A stretch of DNA of 63,490 nt, the filler included, from Limisphaerales bacterium (GTDB lineage Bacteria > Verrucomicrobiota > Verrucomicrobiia > Limisphaerales > SIBE01), in the NCBI GenBank assembly GCA_044225505.1. It is 3 parts of 3 records of this genome, joined end to end, with 100 filler letters (N's around TTAATTAATTAA, not from the genome) between each part and the next. Parts side by side here need not be neighbours in the genome. Positions count along the whole stretch, not along the records: positions 22,158 to 43,641 come from JBGAIN010000148.1; positions 43,742 to 63,490 come from JBGAIN010000154.1; 1 more part is not named here. One strand, 5' to 3'. The position numbers were made by a program, and so were the translations under genes. Below are positions 41,301-50,763 of the stretch, in pieces (positions within the stretch are counted from its first letter, which is position 1; each line of letters opens with the position of its first letter). The notes beneath the pieces were generated by a model. That model made no database searches and had not been told where the DNA came from. It was given only the letters and a program-made list of their open reading frames with translations.

Positions 41301-43067
41301 ATGCAAGCAAAGGACCGTTCGGGACAGTTCCTTGCCCAGGCAAAAACCGCGCGGGACCAAGGCCGGTTGGACCAGGCTGAAAGCTTCCTGGCCCAGGCTG
41401 AAAAAGCAAACCCTGGAGATCCAGCGCTGCTGGCGGAAAGAGCCCAGTTGCTTTTTGCCCGAGGCCGCTATCCGGAAGCTTTTCAGCAAATCCGCCAAGC
41501 CATCGCCGCCCGACCGAATCAACCGGAGGACTACCTGCTGTTGGGCAATATCTTTCGTGAATCGGGCCATTCGGACGAAGCGAGGGACTGCTTTGGCGCT
41601 TGCCTGGAGCTCTCGCCAGGAATGGTAAGCGCGATGCTGTGCCTGGGTAACCTGGCCCGCGATCAAAGAAAGACGCGCGATGCCAGGCAGTGGTACGAAC
41701 GCGCGTTGCAGGCCAAACCGGGCGATCCCAACGTCCAATCGAACCTGGCCAACGTTTTGTGTGATCTTGGCCAAACGGCCGAAGCGATTCGCTTGCTGGA
41801 AACGTCTTTACGAACCCGACCCGATGCTTTGGCTCACAGCAATCTCCTGCTAACCCTGCATTACGATAGCCAGATCACGCCCGAACATATCGCTCGCGAG
41901 CAAAGGCGATGGGCCGGTCTTTACGCCAAGGGCATCAGCCAGCTGCCATTGCCGAGCGATCGGTCCAGCCTTCGGCGGCTGCGCCTCGGGTTCGTCTCCG
42001 CCGACTTCAAACAGCATCCCGTCGGGCGGATGATGGAGGTTCTCTGGCGGCATCTGGATCGTAAAGATTTTGAAGTGGTGGCGTATGACGCGGGCAGCCG
42101 AAAGGATGCGCTTGGGGATAAACTCCGCACCCTCGCGGATCGCTGGCAATCTCTGCAGGGCCTCGACGACGCTGCGGCAGCCGCGTTGATTCGGCGGGAC
42201 GGCGTGGATGTCCTTTGTGACCTCTCTGGGCATACAGCGGGCAATCGGCTCCTGGTCTTCGCCCATAAACCAGCTCCGGTACAGATGACCTGGTTTGGGT
42301 ATCCGAACAGCACCGGGTTGGACACCGTGGATTGGCGGCTCACGGATGACCTGGCCGATCCCCCAGGCAGTTCCGAGAGCAACTATACAGAAAAACTATT
42401 GCGCTTGCCCGGAGCGCCTTGGGTTTATAGAGCGCCCCAAGAATCGTTGCCTGTCCGCGCCTTACCGCACACGCGTGGTCAACCGTTTACCTTCGGCTGC
42501 TTGAATAATCCCGCGAAATCGTCGGAAGCGAGTCTGGCCGCTTGGATGGCGATTCTGCGACGTTGCCCCGGAGCGCGTCTCCTGCTGCTGACTCGGCAGG
42601 ACGACGAGTACCAGCAGCAGCTTCGCCAGCGATTTGCGCAGCAGGGCGTCGCGGAGAGCCAACTCGTGCTTGTGCCTCCGGGAACTCCAGCGCAGTTCTA
42701 CGAGTATCACTACCAGGTCGATCTGCTCCTCGACCCGTTCCCGTATAACGGGGCGGTGACGACGTGCGATGCCCTCTGGATGGGGGTGCCAGTCCTGACG
42801 GTCGCGGGCGCTTCCTACGTCTCGCGCCAAGGTCTTTGCGTCTTATCCAAACTGGGACTCCCAGAATGGATTGCCACAACTCCGAAGGATTATGTCGATC
42901 GAGCGGTGCAGCTCGCACACGAGCCCGGAGCTTTGGCGGCGGCCTCGTCCAGATTGCGCGCCCGTTTGGAGCGTTCGTGTTTCATGGATTACCCGCGATT
43001 TGCGAGTGAATTCACGGAGGCTGTTCGGAGGGCGTGGCAGGACGGTGCTGGTGGGATCGCCGATTAA
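41301..43067 (+). CDS. TPR-containing O-GlcNAc transferase / SPINDLY-like (GT41) protein
   Basis: N-terminal TPRs, RLGFVSADF..HPVG, DLSGHT, PAPVQ.TW.GYP.STGL, NNPAK, DPFPYNG..TT.DALWMGVP. Confidence 0.92.
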   Translation: MQAKDRSGQFLAQAKTARDQGRLDQAESFLAQAEKANPGDPALLAERAQLLFARGRYPEAFQQIRQAIAARPNQPEDYLLLGNIFRESGHSDEARDCFGACLELSPGMVSAMLCLGNLARDQRKTRDARQWYERALQAKPGDPNVQSNLANVLCDLGQTAEAIRLLETSLRTRPDALAHSNLLLTLHYDSQITPEHIAREQRRWAGLYAKGISQLPLPSDRSSLRRLRLGFVSADFKQHPVGRMMEVLWRHLDRKDFEVVAYDAGSRKDALGDKLRTLADRWQSLQGLDDAAAAALIRRDGVDVLCDLSGHTAGNRLLVFAHKPAPVQMTWFGYPNSTGLDTVDWRLTDDLADPPGSSESNYTEKLLRLPGAPWVYRAPQESLPVRALPHTRGQPFTFGCLNNPAKSSEASLAAWMAILRRCPGARLLLLTRQDDEYQQQLRQRFAQQGVAESQLVLVPPGTPAQFYEYHYQVDLLLDPFPYNGAVTTCDALWMGVPVLTVAGASYVSRQGLCVLSKLGLPEWIATTPKDYVDRAVQLAHEPGALAAASSRLRARLERSCFMDYPRFASEFTEAVRRAWQDGAGGIAD

Positions 43068-43249
43068 CCGCGGGACGGGGCGGTGGGGATTGTGACAAGC
43101 AAATCCGATGGTCGCACGGTATGGGCTTGGCTCGCGCCGCCCGATTGACCCTGGCGAATCGGCTTGCCGGATAGACCGAGGCGTGCGAATAGAATCTCGG
43201 CTGTTACGCCACGGGCCAGGAGTCTCTGGAAGTTTGCGGCCGATCGATT

Positions 43250-43326
<77 letters not shown>

Positions 43327-43641
43327 TTCCATTCGGCTTTAATGCGGACTGCTGTCTACGCTCACGGCGAGCGGCGCAAGTCTATCGGGAAGGGCGTTGG
43401 GGCCGGTCCGTTCCCAAAAACCCGGGCAGCCCGGGATCCGTTGCAGCGGCTGTCAACAATTTGTGGACAGCAGGTAAGTCTCACCGCCAGAACGAAATCG
43501 AGGGCAGCGGGCTCGTTGTGCGTCGCTTGGCCTCAAAATCGGTGCCCCCCTCCCAGACTCGCTTCCAGTGAGAGCAAATTCAGACCTCCTGACCCCTAAA
43601 GGGCGACTGCTGGGTGTCTTGGAAAATGGATGGCCCCAAAA

Positions 43642-43741
43642 NNNNNNNNNNNNNNNNNNNNNNNNNNNNNNNNNNNNNNNNNNNNTTAATTAATTAANNN
43701 NNNNNNNNNNNNNNNNNNNNNNNNNNNNNNNNNNNNNNNNN
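43642..43741. other. Artificial contig spacer
   Basis: 100-nt N block with TTAATTAATTAA at 43686-43697. Confidence 0.98.
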
Positions 43742-43881
43742 AATCCTCCGCACAACGAGATGACGCCATCCAGCCCCGGTTTGCGAGTCTTCCTCGAGTT
43801 ACCTAAGAACGCTTTTCAGTTCCACTTACTGTGGACGAATCCATCCAGAAGAGATGGAGACTACTGGCGCGGGCCGATTAT
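43742..43881 (+). repeat. 140-nt terminal direct repeat of contig 3 (left copy)
   Basis: Identical by eye to 63351-63490 (aatcctccgc...ggccgattat). Confidence 0.95.
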
Positions 43882-46800
43882 GGCATCTGTTTCTCTGAAG
43901 ATTTCAGACAACTCCCGATTCGCCACAGACCAACCCTTCTCCTTGAGGATACTGTCTCTCATCGGTTGGGATTCCTTCAACCGATTGTAGAAGTAATCAT
44001 TCCAGCGCTGGTTATGTGCTTGTTTTTCTGTTTGCCTCGCCAATTTCTGCTGGTATCGCTCGAGTGCACCTCCAGGTTTCGCGCCGCCACCGGCAGGCGC
44101 CGCGCGCGGGATGGTCGTTTTTGGCACGGTGGCTGGCCCACGAACCTGTGGCACGGTCGGGACCGTAACCGGTGCGGGCGGGGCGGTGGGCGGCTTGACC
44201 GGAGGTGGCGGAGATCCCTTGGGACCGGCGGGGCCAATTTTTCCCATGGCTACAGCGACCAGGGCTTGTCCGGTGGCATTTCCAATGATACGTCCCATAT
44301 CCTTGTCAGAGGTCTTGGGATCGAGCATTTTTACGATAAGCTTGTCTCCGTACGCGATACTGAGTGCTTCCTTGACGTTCCCGTTGCCGACCGCAGTGGC
44401 TACTGCTGGAAGTTTGCCCACCGTGGTCGTAACTTCAGTGGCCACGGCCACCATTGCCGCTGCGGGCAGCATAACGACGTTCACTGGATTGAGGACGTCC
44501 AAGCCCACCTCTCCAAGGCCCATGGCAAAACCCTTGTAAGCCTGGACGAGGTCAGTTCCAGTGGGGTCGATATTTGCCAATGGGGAATTGGCGCAATAGG
44601 CATAGAGATTGAGTCTTTGAGGTTCCTCGAGCCAGCTTGATTTAATGGTCCCGGCAAAGGGATCGACCCGGAGGAAACGGCCCAAAACTGGAGACTGGAA
44701 TCGAGCCTCCAAAAAGTTCAAACCACTCTCGCGATCGCGCTCTTTTTGTGTGAACTGGTACGGATCGGTGGTCTTGAACAATTTCTGAACGTGACGCGGA
44801 AACCCGAAGGGATAAAAAGAAGTTTCCTCCACCAGGACACCGTTCGCATCGGCCATCACGGCGGAGGATCCGAGGTGATCCTGATGGTAGTACCGGATGG
44901 TGAGGGCTTCGTCAGGAAGTGAAAGCGCCGCCTCGCTCTGGCCCTGGACGAACACTCCCTCACCCGGAGCCAGAGCTTCGGGAAGATTGGAAAAGCCGCC
45001 CAGAACGTCGGAAAGGCGTGCCTGCCAGCGTTGGAACATGGCGTCAAACCGCCAGACGGTCGTGTTCACGGGGGCGAATCCCTCGAGGTCTATGGCCTCG
45101 CCCACGGCGCCGGGATGGAACGTTCCTCCGGCAGGCGCGCTCGAGGGGGAGGAGTCCCCAGTGTGTTGGCCCCGGACAGTCACGGTCGAGTCAGCGACCG
45201 CGTTGATCCAAAGCACGACACCAGCCGGAATAGTATCGGTCGGCGCAAGCTCTTTAAAATCGCGTTCCGCCGCATCCCAGCGGAGCATCGCCGCTACCTT
45301 GCCCTCGAGGGCTAATTGCATCCCGCCGTTGGTCGCAGTCACGCCGAGTGAGCAGAGATTCCATCCACGCCAAAGCCGCAGCCGTTGGACCTGCTGAGTC
45401 GAGGAAAGCGTTCCCGTAACGCGGGCGATCCGTGTGTTCCCGCACCATACATATTTGGTGGGCACTCCGTTCTGCCGCACTTCGAAGTATTGATCGACAT
45501 AAACGGTGCTATCGATCTGGCCTGGGCTCATGTCTGAAGAACCTTTGGCAATCACTTTCTTCGTGATGCGCCGGTCCCGATGGTCGTAACTGTACTCGGC
45601 TCGAAGTTCAGAGTTTCCCACCGCCACAAGGCGGTCCTTAAAGTCCCAAGTGGTTTGGAGCCCGTCTATATCCAGCATGTTGCCGTTGGCATCGTATGGA
45701 TAATTGCGGATTTGGGATTGAGGATTGAGGATTCCAGTGAGAGCGTGCGGCCCGGGCGGATCTGTGGGTTGGCGTCCCATGCGACTGGTCCGACCGGCTG
45801 TTCCGCCGTACTCCATGCTGCCGAGATCCGTGACAGAACGACCCTTGTCGAAGTGCGGCATGTTGGAGGTCTGAGAGAGCATGTTACCGATGCGGTCGTA
45901 CCGGTAATGGATTTCGCCGTCGTTTCGTGGTGGAGCGCCAGGGACGGCGAAGGAATAGCGGATACCAGTCAGGCGATAGAGATCATCATACTCGATCTGC
46001 TGCCCGTTCCTGCGCGCGTCGCCTTCGGCAACGGAAGAGCTTGAGCGAAGATCGGTAATGGACCTTAGTTTGGACGCGGCATCGAAGTCGTAAGCAAAGG
46101 TAACATGCTCGAGGCCAAGCTGGGGTTGCCGCGTCCGCACTTGATTGAGACGCAAACGCGAGTCGTACTGGCTAGTGCTCTGCACTCCGTTTCCGTAGGC
46201 AAGAAACGTGAGTTGGCCCGCGGGCGAATACAGCATGTTGGAAATGATACTTCCGGTAGGCCCGCCCAGAACGCGTTGGCCGAGACTCCGTTCGTTGTAT
46301 TCGTAGCGAACGAAGTCGTTGTCGGGGTACTGAACGCTCTTCAAACGATTGAGCGAATCGAACTCGAAGCCCGTGCGGAAGGAGACCAATCCCCCATGCA
46401 GGGGATCGATCACGCGCTTCACCACCGCGATGGCGTGCTCGCGCGCGTCGTAAAAGTAGTGCTCCTCACCGGTCCGGTCCCAGACATAGGTCAGCAGTCC
46501 GGACGTATTCCGGGCGGTCATGGCGCTGCCGTCACCCACCTCGAGGTTGGTGAAAGGCGAATCGTAGAAGTAGGCGACATCAGGTCGGTTCAGCGGCGTG
46601 ATCGGCTGGGACGGATTGAACGCGGGGAACCGAGGGTCATTGTCATGGTAATCCTCGCTCAGCACCCGGTTCACTCCGTCAAAGGTGTAGCTAATCCGCT
46701 GGGCCTTGGCATCGGTAGTTTCGATGAGATTCGAGGCGTCATCGTAGGAAAAGCGCATCTGACCGCGATCCGGGTCATTCATAGAGATGTTCCGCTTTAA

Positions 46801-49800
46801 CCCGTCGTAGGCGAATTCCTTGACGTTTTGTTGCGAGTCGGTAATCCGAGTCAATTGGTCGTTCAGATCATGCGCGTAACGGGTCGTCCATGCGTTGGCC
46901 ACGTCCGCCGGTGTCCCGTCATCGTTCAGCCGGACAATTTCGTCCACACGAATCAGACGTCCCAGGCCATCCTGGAAATGGGCCATGGAAGCGCCGAAGT
47001 GGAGAGAGCCCGGATCCGTTTGGTTCGCGTCGTAAGACCGGGTCAGGAAAGGCTCGTAAACCGTCTTCTCGAAACTGGCGTCCGGATTGATGCTTCGGAT
47101 TTCCCGCAAGGTCGCGTCATACCAAGTGGCCGTTTTGTGAGCCTTCTCCAAATTCAAGCTGACCAGATTGCCTTGTTCGTGAAAGAGTCCCGTCCAACTT
47201 GGGTCTTCGATGTTCTCATAGTCCAAAAGCTCTTCGAGGCCTTTACCGACGAGTGAAAAGAAAGGGTTCAGCGCGAGGGAGTCGCTCTTGCGCGCGTTGA
47301 AAGTCACCGCGCCGTTGACGATCACAGCCGGGGAAGAACCAGCGCCGTAAGGCTCCGCCTCCTTTTTGGTCATCAGCTCACGCCCCAAGCCATCTGTAAA
47401 CTCACGGGAGATCATGTAATGGTCGACCTTATGTGGGTATGCGCCCGGGACTTTATCGAGCAAGCGGGTTTCGATGTAGTTCACCACGCCTTGTGTTCCA
47501 ACTGGAACGGCTAAAGCGTAACTGTATTCCGAGGTCGGATATTCGGGCGTATCCCCCGGTTTGACGATCGCAGTCAGGCGGGCGAACTGATCAAACGAAT
47601 AGCGAGTGGTGTTCGTATTGAAATCTGTCGAGGCGATGACAGTGCCGAAGGCTTCGTCGTAGGTCGCTCGAAAGGCTAGCGGTGGCTTGCCTCCACCAAC
47701 ATGGATTGTCTCCGCCACGGCATAGTTATGGAAGCGGGGGTCGTAATAAACTTCCCGGGCGTGGCCTTTGGCCACATCGACCACGCCACCCGGAGCATCT
47801 GCGAGCGGATCCAAAAGCACAACGGCGTTGCCATAGGCGTCGAATTTGTTTCGAGAGCTCTTGATGTAGGCGGCCGGATCCGAGGGCTCAACCCACTCCC
47901 GTTCCAAAGTGAGGTTTCCAGTCGTCACAAGGCCGAAATTCTCGCCGGCAAAAGTCTCGTCATCGTAGAAAGAGTCTGTGCGGGAAATGACCTTGCCGTT
48001 CAGGCTCTTGATCTCTTGCCGCTTGGGATGGCGCAAGATCCAAGCTGCCGTGTTCATCGCATATTCGGTGGTGGTGACGCGCTCGTCATTGAAGGCCGAG
48101 CGATCCCCGTTTTCGACAATGCCGTAGTCCACGCTCAAGGTCTGGTTTCCGAATTGGTCATAGCTGGACTCGGTCTCGGTCAGGCGTTCAACGCCTTGAC
48201 CGAGTTCTTTGCTGACTTTCGAGCTGGCCAATGGATGGACAAACTTAACGGTCTGGCCGTTGGTTCCTGTCTTCAGGATCACAGGGGGCACCGTCCAAGT
48301 CGTCGACGCATCCCAATAAACGCCTCCGTCCTCTTCCTCGGCCATCTGGCGGAGCAACTTGCCTTTCATCGGCTCATGCGCGCTGCCAGTGTCAAAGAAC
48401 GAACGCGTGACTAACGTAGGCGCGGTGGCGTCGCCCACATCGATCTGTTCAACCCTGGCAAAACCGCGGAACTGTTTTTGTTTGGGGTCGTAGTACCCAT
48501 CATGGTACCGGTATTCGGTCCGGTATTCATGTCCCAAAGAATCAGCGGTTCGAACGGAGGCCACCACCGGAATCGCGAATGGCACAATGTTCGGCCAGGG
48601 CTGGCCTGCCGCTTCATCTTCCAGCCGAAACTCGATCGAGCTGCGGTATCCCATCGTCGTCACTCGGCCGAGTCCATTGGCGATCGAGTTGAGGATGTTG
48701 GGTGTCGCCCCGCAGTTGATAATCTCGCCCAGGTCGATCGTTTGCAGCCGCGGTTCGGAAGCCGCATCCGCATAGACGAGGTCGGTCGTGCCATTGCCAT
48801 TCATATCAGCCCACCGGACGACGGCCCGTTGCCCGATGACCAAGGGCATGTCGACAATCTCGTTTCTCGGGCCCAACTGGTAATTGCCGCGGTTAATCCA
48901 ATACCAGAGTTGACCCGGCGCGGCGCGTTCCAAGACGATGTCGACCATGCCATCGCCGGTGACATCGGTCAGCTTAGCCCGGCGAAGTTGCTCAGGGCTC
49001 GGTGTCATGCCGGGCCACGGCACGGAGACGGCTTCGGCAAAGCGGCCGTACCCGAGGCCTGCCTTTACCTGTAGGCGTTCAGATTCCAAACGGATGAGGT
49101 CCGGCAAGCGATCTCCGTTGAAATCGCCGATTTGCACAGCCGGATCTGCCAGATCGAAAGCGCCGGGAGGTTCCACCGTGAGACTGGGAGCATAACGTGA
49201 ATCGCCCAGGTTGAACCAAATGCGGTAAGCGAAACCGCCGCCGACGCTGAGACTTTGGATGACGTCCATACGTTTGTCGAAGTCCAGATCCGCGGTTCGA
49301 ACCCCGGCGACACCGAAAGGACTGGGCGGCGAAGCATCTGGAGCAGCCATCCTCTGGCGCTCAGCCCAGCTGAGATTTCCCTGATTAGCGAAGAAGAACA
49401 CATCCTCAGCGGCCGATTTGACGACCAGATCCGCCAGGCCATCTCCGTTCATGTCCGCCAGGTGGGCCACGGCCAGGGCCGATTGCAGATTGACGCTCCA
49501 CGCGCGTGGGTCCCCCTTGAACTCGAGGGCAGACTGCCATTGTACAGCTCGGGCGCTCTTGATAATCCCTTTGTTCAAGAAGGCCTGGTGAGGCAGATCA
49601 CCGGCGAATGTTCGAATCAGGTCTGGCAACCCATCGCCGTTTACGTCGGCCAACTCCACAAACTCATTATCCATCACCGACGCGGGTTCATTGGTGCCGC
49701 CCAAGGCTTGGCCGCTGGCGGATAACGTTGCTGGGGGGTTGCAGACGGCATAGCCCAGAGTGGTGGGCGGCAGACGGCTGACTCCGTCGGAGCCCACAAT

Positions 49801-50763
49801 CTGCACGCTGGCGAGCAAGGACCAATGTGTGTTCGTGCCGGCGTACTTCAAGTAACCGAGTTCATAGCGATGGTTGAGGAGATCGGGCTGGCCATCACCA
49901 TTCCAATCGCCTTTGAAGTGGCCTGGCAAGTCCACTCCTTGGGTGCCGGTCAGGACCTGGCGCATGCGCTTGCCACAGCGCACCACGAAGCCCGATCGGC
50001 AATCCTCGAACCAATCGGACCGGTCTTCATACTCGAAAACCACGAAATGGAAGCTCGCCCATGGAGGCACTCCCGGACCGTAGCTGATGCGGTGGAGGAA
50101 TTTCTGGTTTAGGTTCTGATCACCGTCAAACGAGCGGTACTCATAGCGGATGGTATTGCCGCGCGTGTCGGTTTCTTTCTCGAGCAACCAGCCAAAGATT
50201 CGGCCGGTGGCGGCGTCTTCAATTCGGGCACTGGAGGTGAGACCGAAATCCAGTCTCGTTCCGTCAGGCAAGGTGCCTTCCCAATGGTCGCTCACTTGCC
50301 GGTATCGGACGAACGCACCTTCGTTTTCGCAGAAGTAAAAGCCATCCGCCTGCGGGACCAACTCTTCCTTCGTCTCGTTGATGAACCGGTCGGAACGATC
50401 CAGGCCAAGATCCTGGCCGTACAGAGGAATACCCCGATCGGAACGGCGTTGGATCATAGGCACGGGCAACGACCAACCGTAACCAACGGCGCCGTTCCCG
50501 CCGCCGCCCTCGTAACGCAGCTTAAGGGTGGGCTGATGTCCAGCAGTGCCGGGCGGCAAACTTAGGCCAATGCCATAGCATGCCGTTCCCGTATTAAGTG
50601 TGGGCTGAAAGGACTCGCCTAATCCTTCGATCGAACCGGGTCCTTTGGGCAACGAGATGGCCGACGGTGAAACACCATTCTTATCGGCGCCCTGAGCCAC
50701 AAGCTCAACAAGGAAAACGATCAGGCAGCAGTACGACTCAAATCGCCTTTTCACCGCTGTCAC
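43861..50763 (-). CDS. Fused TcB-TcC-like toxin: SpvB/TcaC N-terminus, FG-GAP propeller, TcdB middle domains, RHS/YD repeats, RHS core, variable C-terminal cargo
   Basis: ISLPKGPGSI.GLGE.F, GNG..GYGW, DWF.D.R.GF, D.NGDG..D repeats, FRGFARVEQ.D, YD repeats, YYHQDHLGS, FTQKERD.ESG, RFLRVDP, PLANIDPTG. Confidence 0.9.
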   Translation of the reverse strand: MTAVKRRFESYCCLIVFLVELVAQGADKNGVSPSAISLPKGPGSIEGLGESFQPTLNTGTACYGIGLSLPPGTAGHQPTLKLRYEGGGGNGAVGYGWSLPVPMIQRRSDRGIPLYGQDLGLDRSDRFINETKEELVPQADGFYFCENEGAFVRYRQVSDHWEGTLPDGTRLDFGLTSSARIEDAATGRIFGWLLEKETDTRGNTIRYEYRSFDGDQNLNQKFLHRISYGPGVPPWASFHFVVFEYEDRSDWFEDCRSGFVVRCGKRMRQVLTGTQGVDLPGHFKGDWNGDGQPDLLNHRYELGYLKYAGTNTHWSLLASVQIVGSDGVSRLPPTTLGYAVCNPPATLSASGQALGGTNEPASVMDNEFVELADVNGDGLPDLIRTFAGDLPHQAFLNKGIIKSARAVQWQSALEFKGDPRAWSVNLQSALAVAHLADMNGDGLADLVVKSAAEDVFFFANQGNLSWAERQRMAAPDASPPSPFGVAGVRTADLDFDKRMDVIQSLSVGGGFAYRIWFNLGDSRYAPSLTVEPPGAFDLADPAVQIGDFNGDRLPDLIRLESERLQVKAGLGYGRFAEAVSVPWPGMTPSPEQLRRAKLTDVTGDGMVDIVLERAAPGQLWYWINRGNYQLGPRNEIVDMPLVIGQRAVVRWADMNGNGTTDLVYADAASEPRLQTIDLGEIINCGATPNILNSIANGLGRVTTMGYRSSIEFRLEDEAAGQPWPNIVPFAIPVVASVRTADSLGHEYRTEYRYHDGYYDPKQKQFRGFARVEQIDVGDATAPTLVTRSFFDTGSAHEPMKGKLLRQMAEEEDGGVYWDASTTWTVPPVILKTGTNGQTVKFVHPLASSKVSKELGQGVERLTETESSYDQFGNQTLSVDYGIVENGDRSAFNDERVTTTEYAMNTAAWILRHPKRQEIKSLNGKVISRTDSFYDDETFAGENFGLVTTGNLTLEREWVEPSDPAAYIKSSRNKFDAYGNAVVLLDPLADAPGGVVDVAKGHAREVYYDPRFHNYAVAETIHVGGGKPPLAFRATYDEAFGTVIASTDFNTNTTRYSFDQFARLTAIVKPGDTPEYPTSEYSYALAVPVGTQGVVNYIETRLLDKVPGAYPHKVDHYMISREFTDGLGRELMTKKEAEPYGAGSSPAVIVNGAVTFNARKSDSLALNPFFSLVGKGLEELLDYENIEDPSWTGLFHEQGNLVSLNLEKAHKTATWYDATLREIRSINPDASFEKTVYEPFLTRSYDANQTDPGSLHFGASMAHFQDGLGRLIRVDEIVRLNDDGTPADVANAWTTRYAHDLNDQLTRITDSQQNVKEFAYDGLKRNISMNDPDRGQMRFSYDDASNLIETTDAKAQRISYTFDGVNRVLSEDYHDNDPRFPAFNPSQPITPLNRPDVAYFYDSPFTNLEVGDGSAMTARNTSGLLTYVWDRTGEEHYFYDAREHAIAVVKRVIDPLHGGLVSFRTGFEFDSLNRLKSVQYPDNDFVRYEYNERSLGQRVLGGPTGSIISNMLYSPAGQLTFLAYGNGVQSTSQYDSRLRLNQVRTRQPQLGLEHVTFAYDFDAASKLRSITDLRSSSSVAEGDARRNGQQIEYDDLYRLTGIRYSFAVPGAPPRNDGEIHYRYDRIGNMLSQTSNMPHFDKGRSVTDLGSMEYGGTAGRTSRMGRQPTDPPGPHALTGILNPQSQIRNYPYDANGNMLDIDGLQTTWDFKDRLVAVGNSELRAEYSYDHRDRRITKKVIAKGSSDMSPGQIDSTVYVDQYFEVRQNGVPTKYVWCGNTRIARVTGTLSSTQQVQRLRLWRGWNLCSLGVTATNGGMQLALEGKVAAMLRWDAAERDFKELAPTDTIPAGVVLWINAVADSTVTVRGQHTGDSSPSSAPAGGTFHPGAVGEAIDLEGFAPVNTTVWRFDAMFQRWQARLSDVLGGFSNLPEALAPGEGVFVQGQSEAALSLPDEALTIRYYHQDHLGSSAVMADANGVLVEETSFYPFGFPRHVQKLFKTTDPYQFTQKERDRESGLNFLEARFQSPVLGRFLRVDPFAGTIKSSWLEEPQRLNLYAYCANSPLANIDPTGTDLVQAYKGFAMGLGEVGLDVLNPVNVVMLPAAAMVAVATEVTTTVGKLPAVATAVGNGNVKEALSIAYGDKLIVKMLDPKTSDKDMGRIIGNATGQALVAVAMGKIGPAGPKGSPPPPVKPPTAPPAPVTVPTVPQVRGPATVPKTTIPRAAPAGGGAKPGGALERYQQKLARQTEKQAHNQRWNDYFYNRLKESQPMRDSILKEKGWSVANRELSEIFRETDAIIGPRQ

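Noticed and set aside
43831..44640. 269-aa plus-strand ORF as an RHS immunity gene
   Set aside because: Antisense to the RHS C-terminus, with non-protein-like composition.
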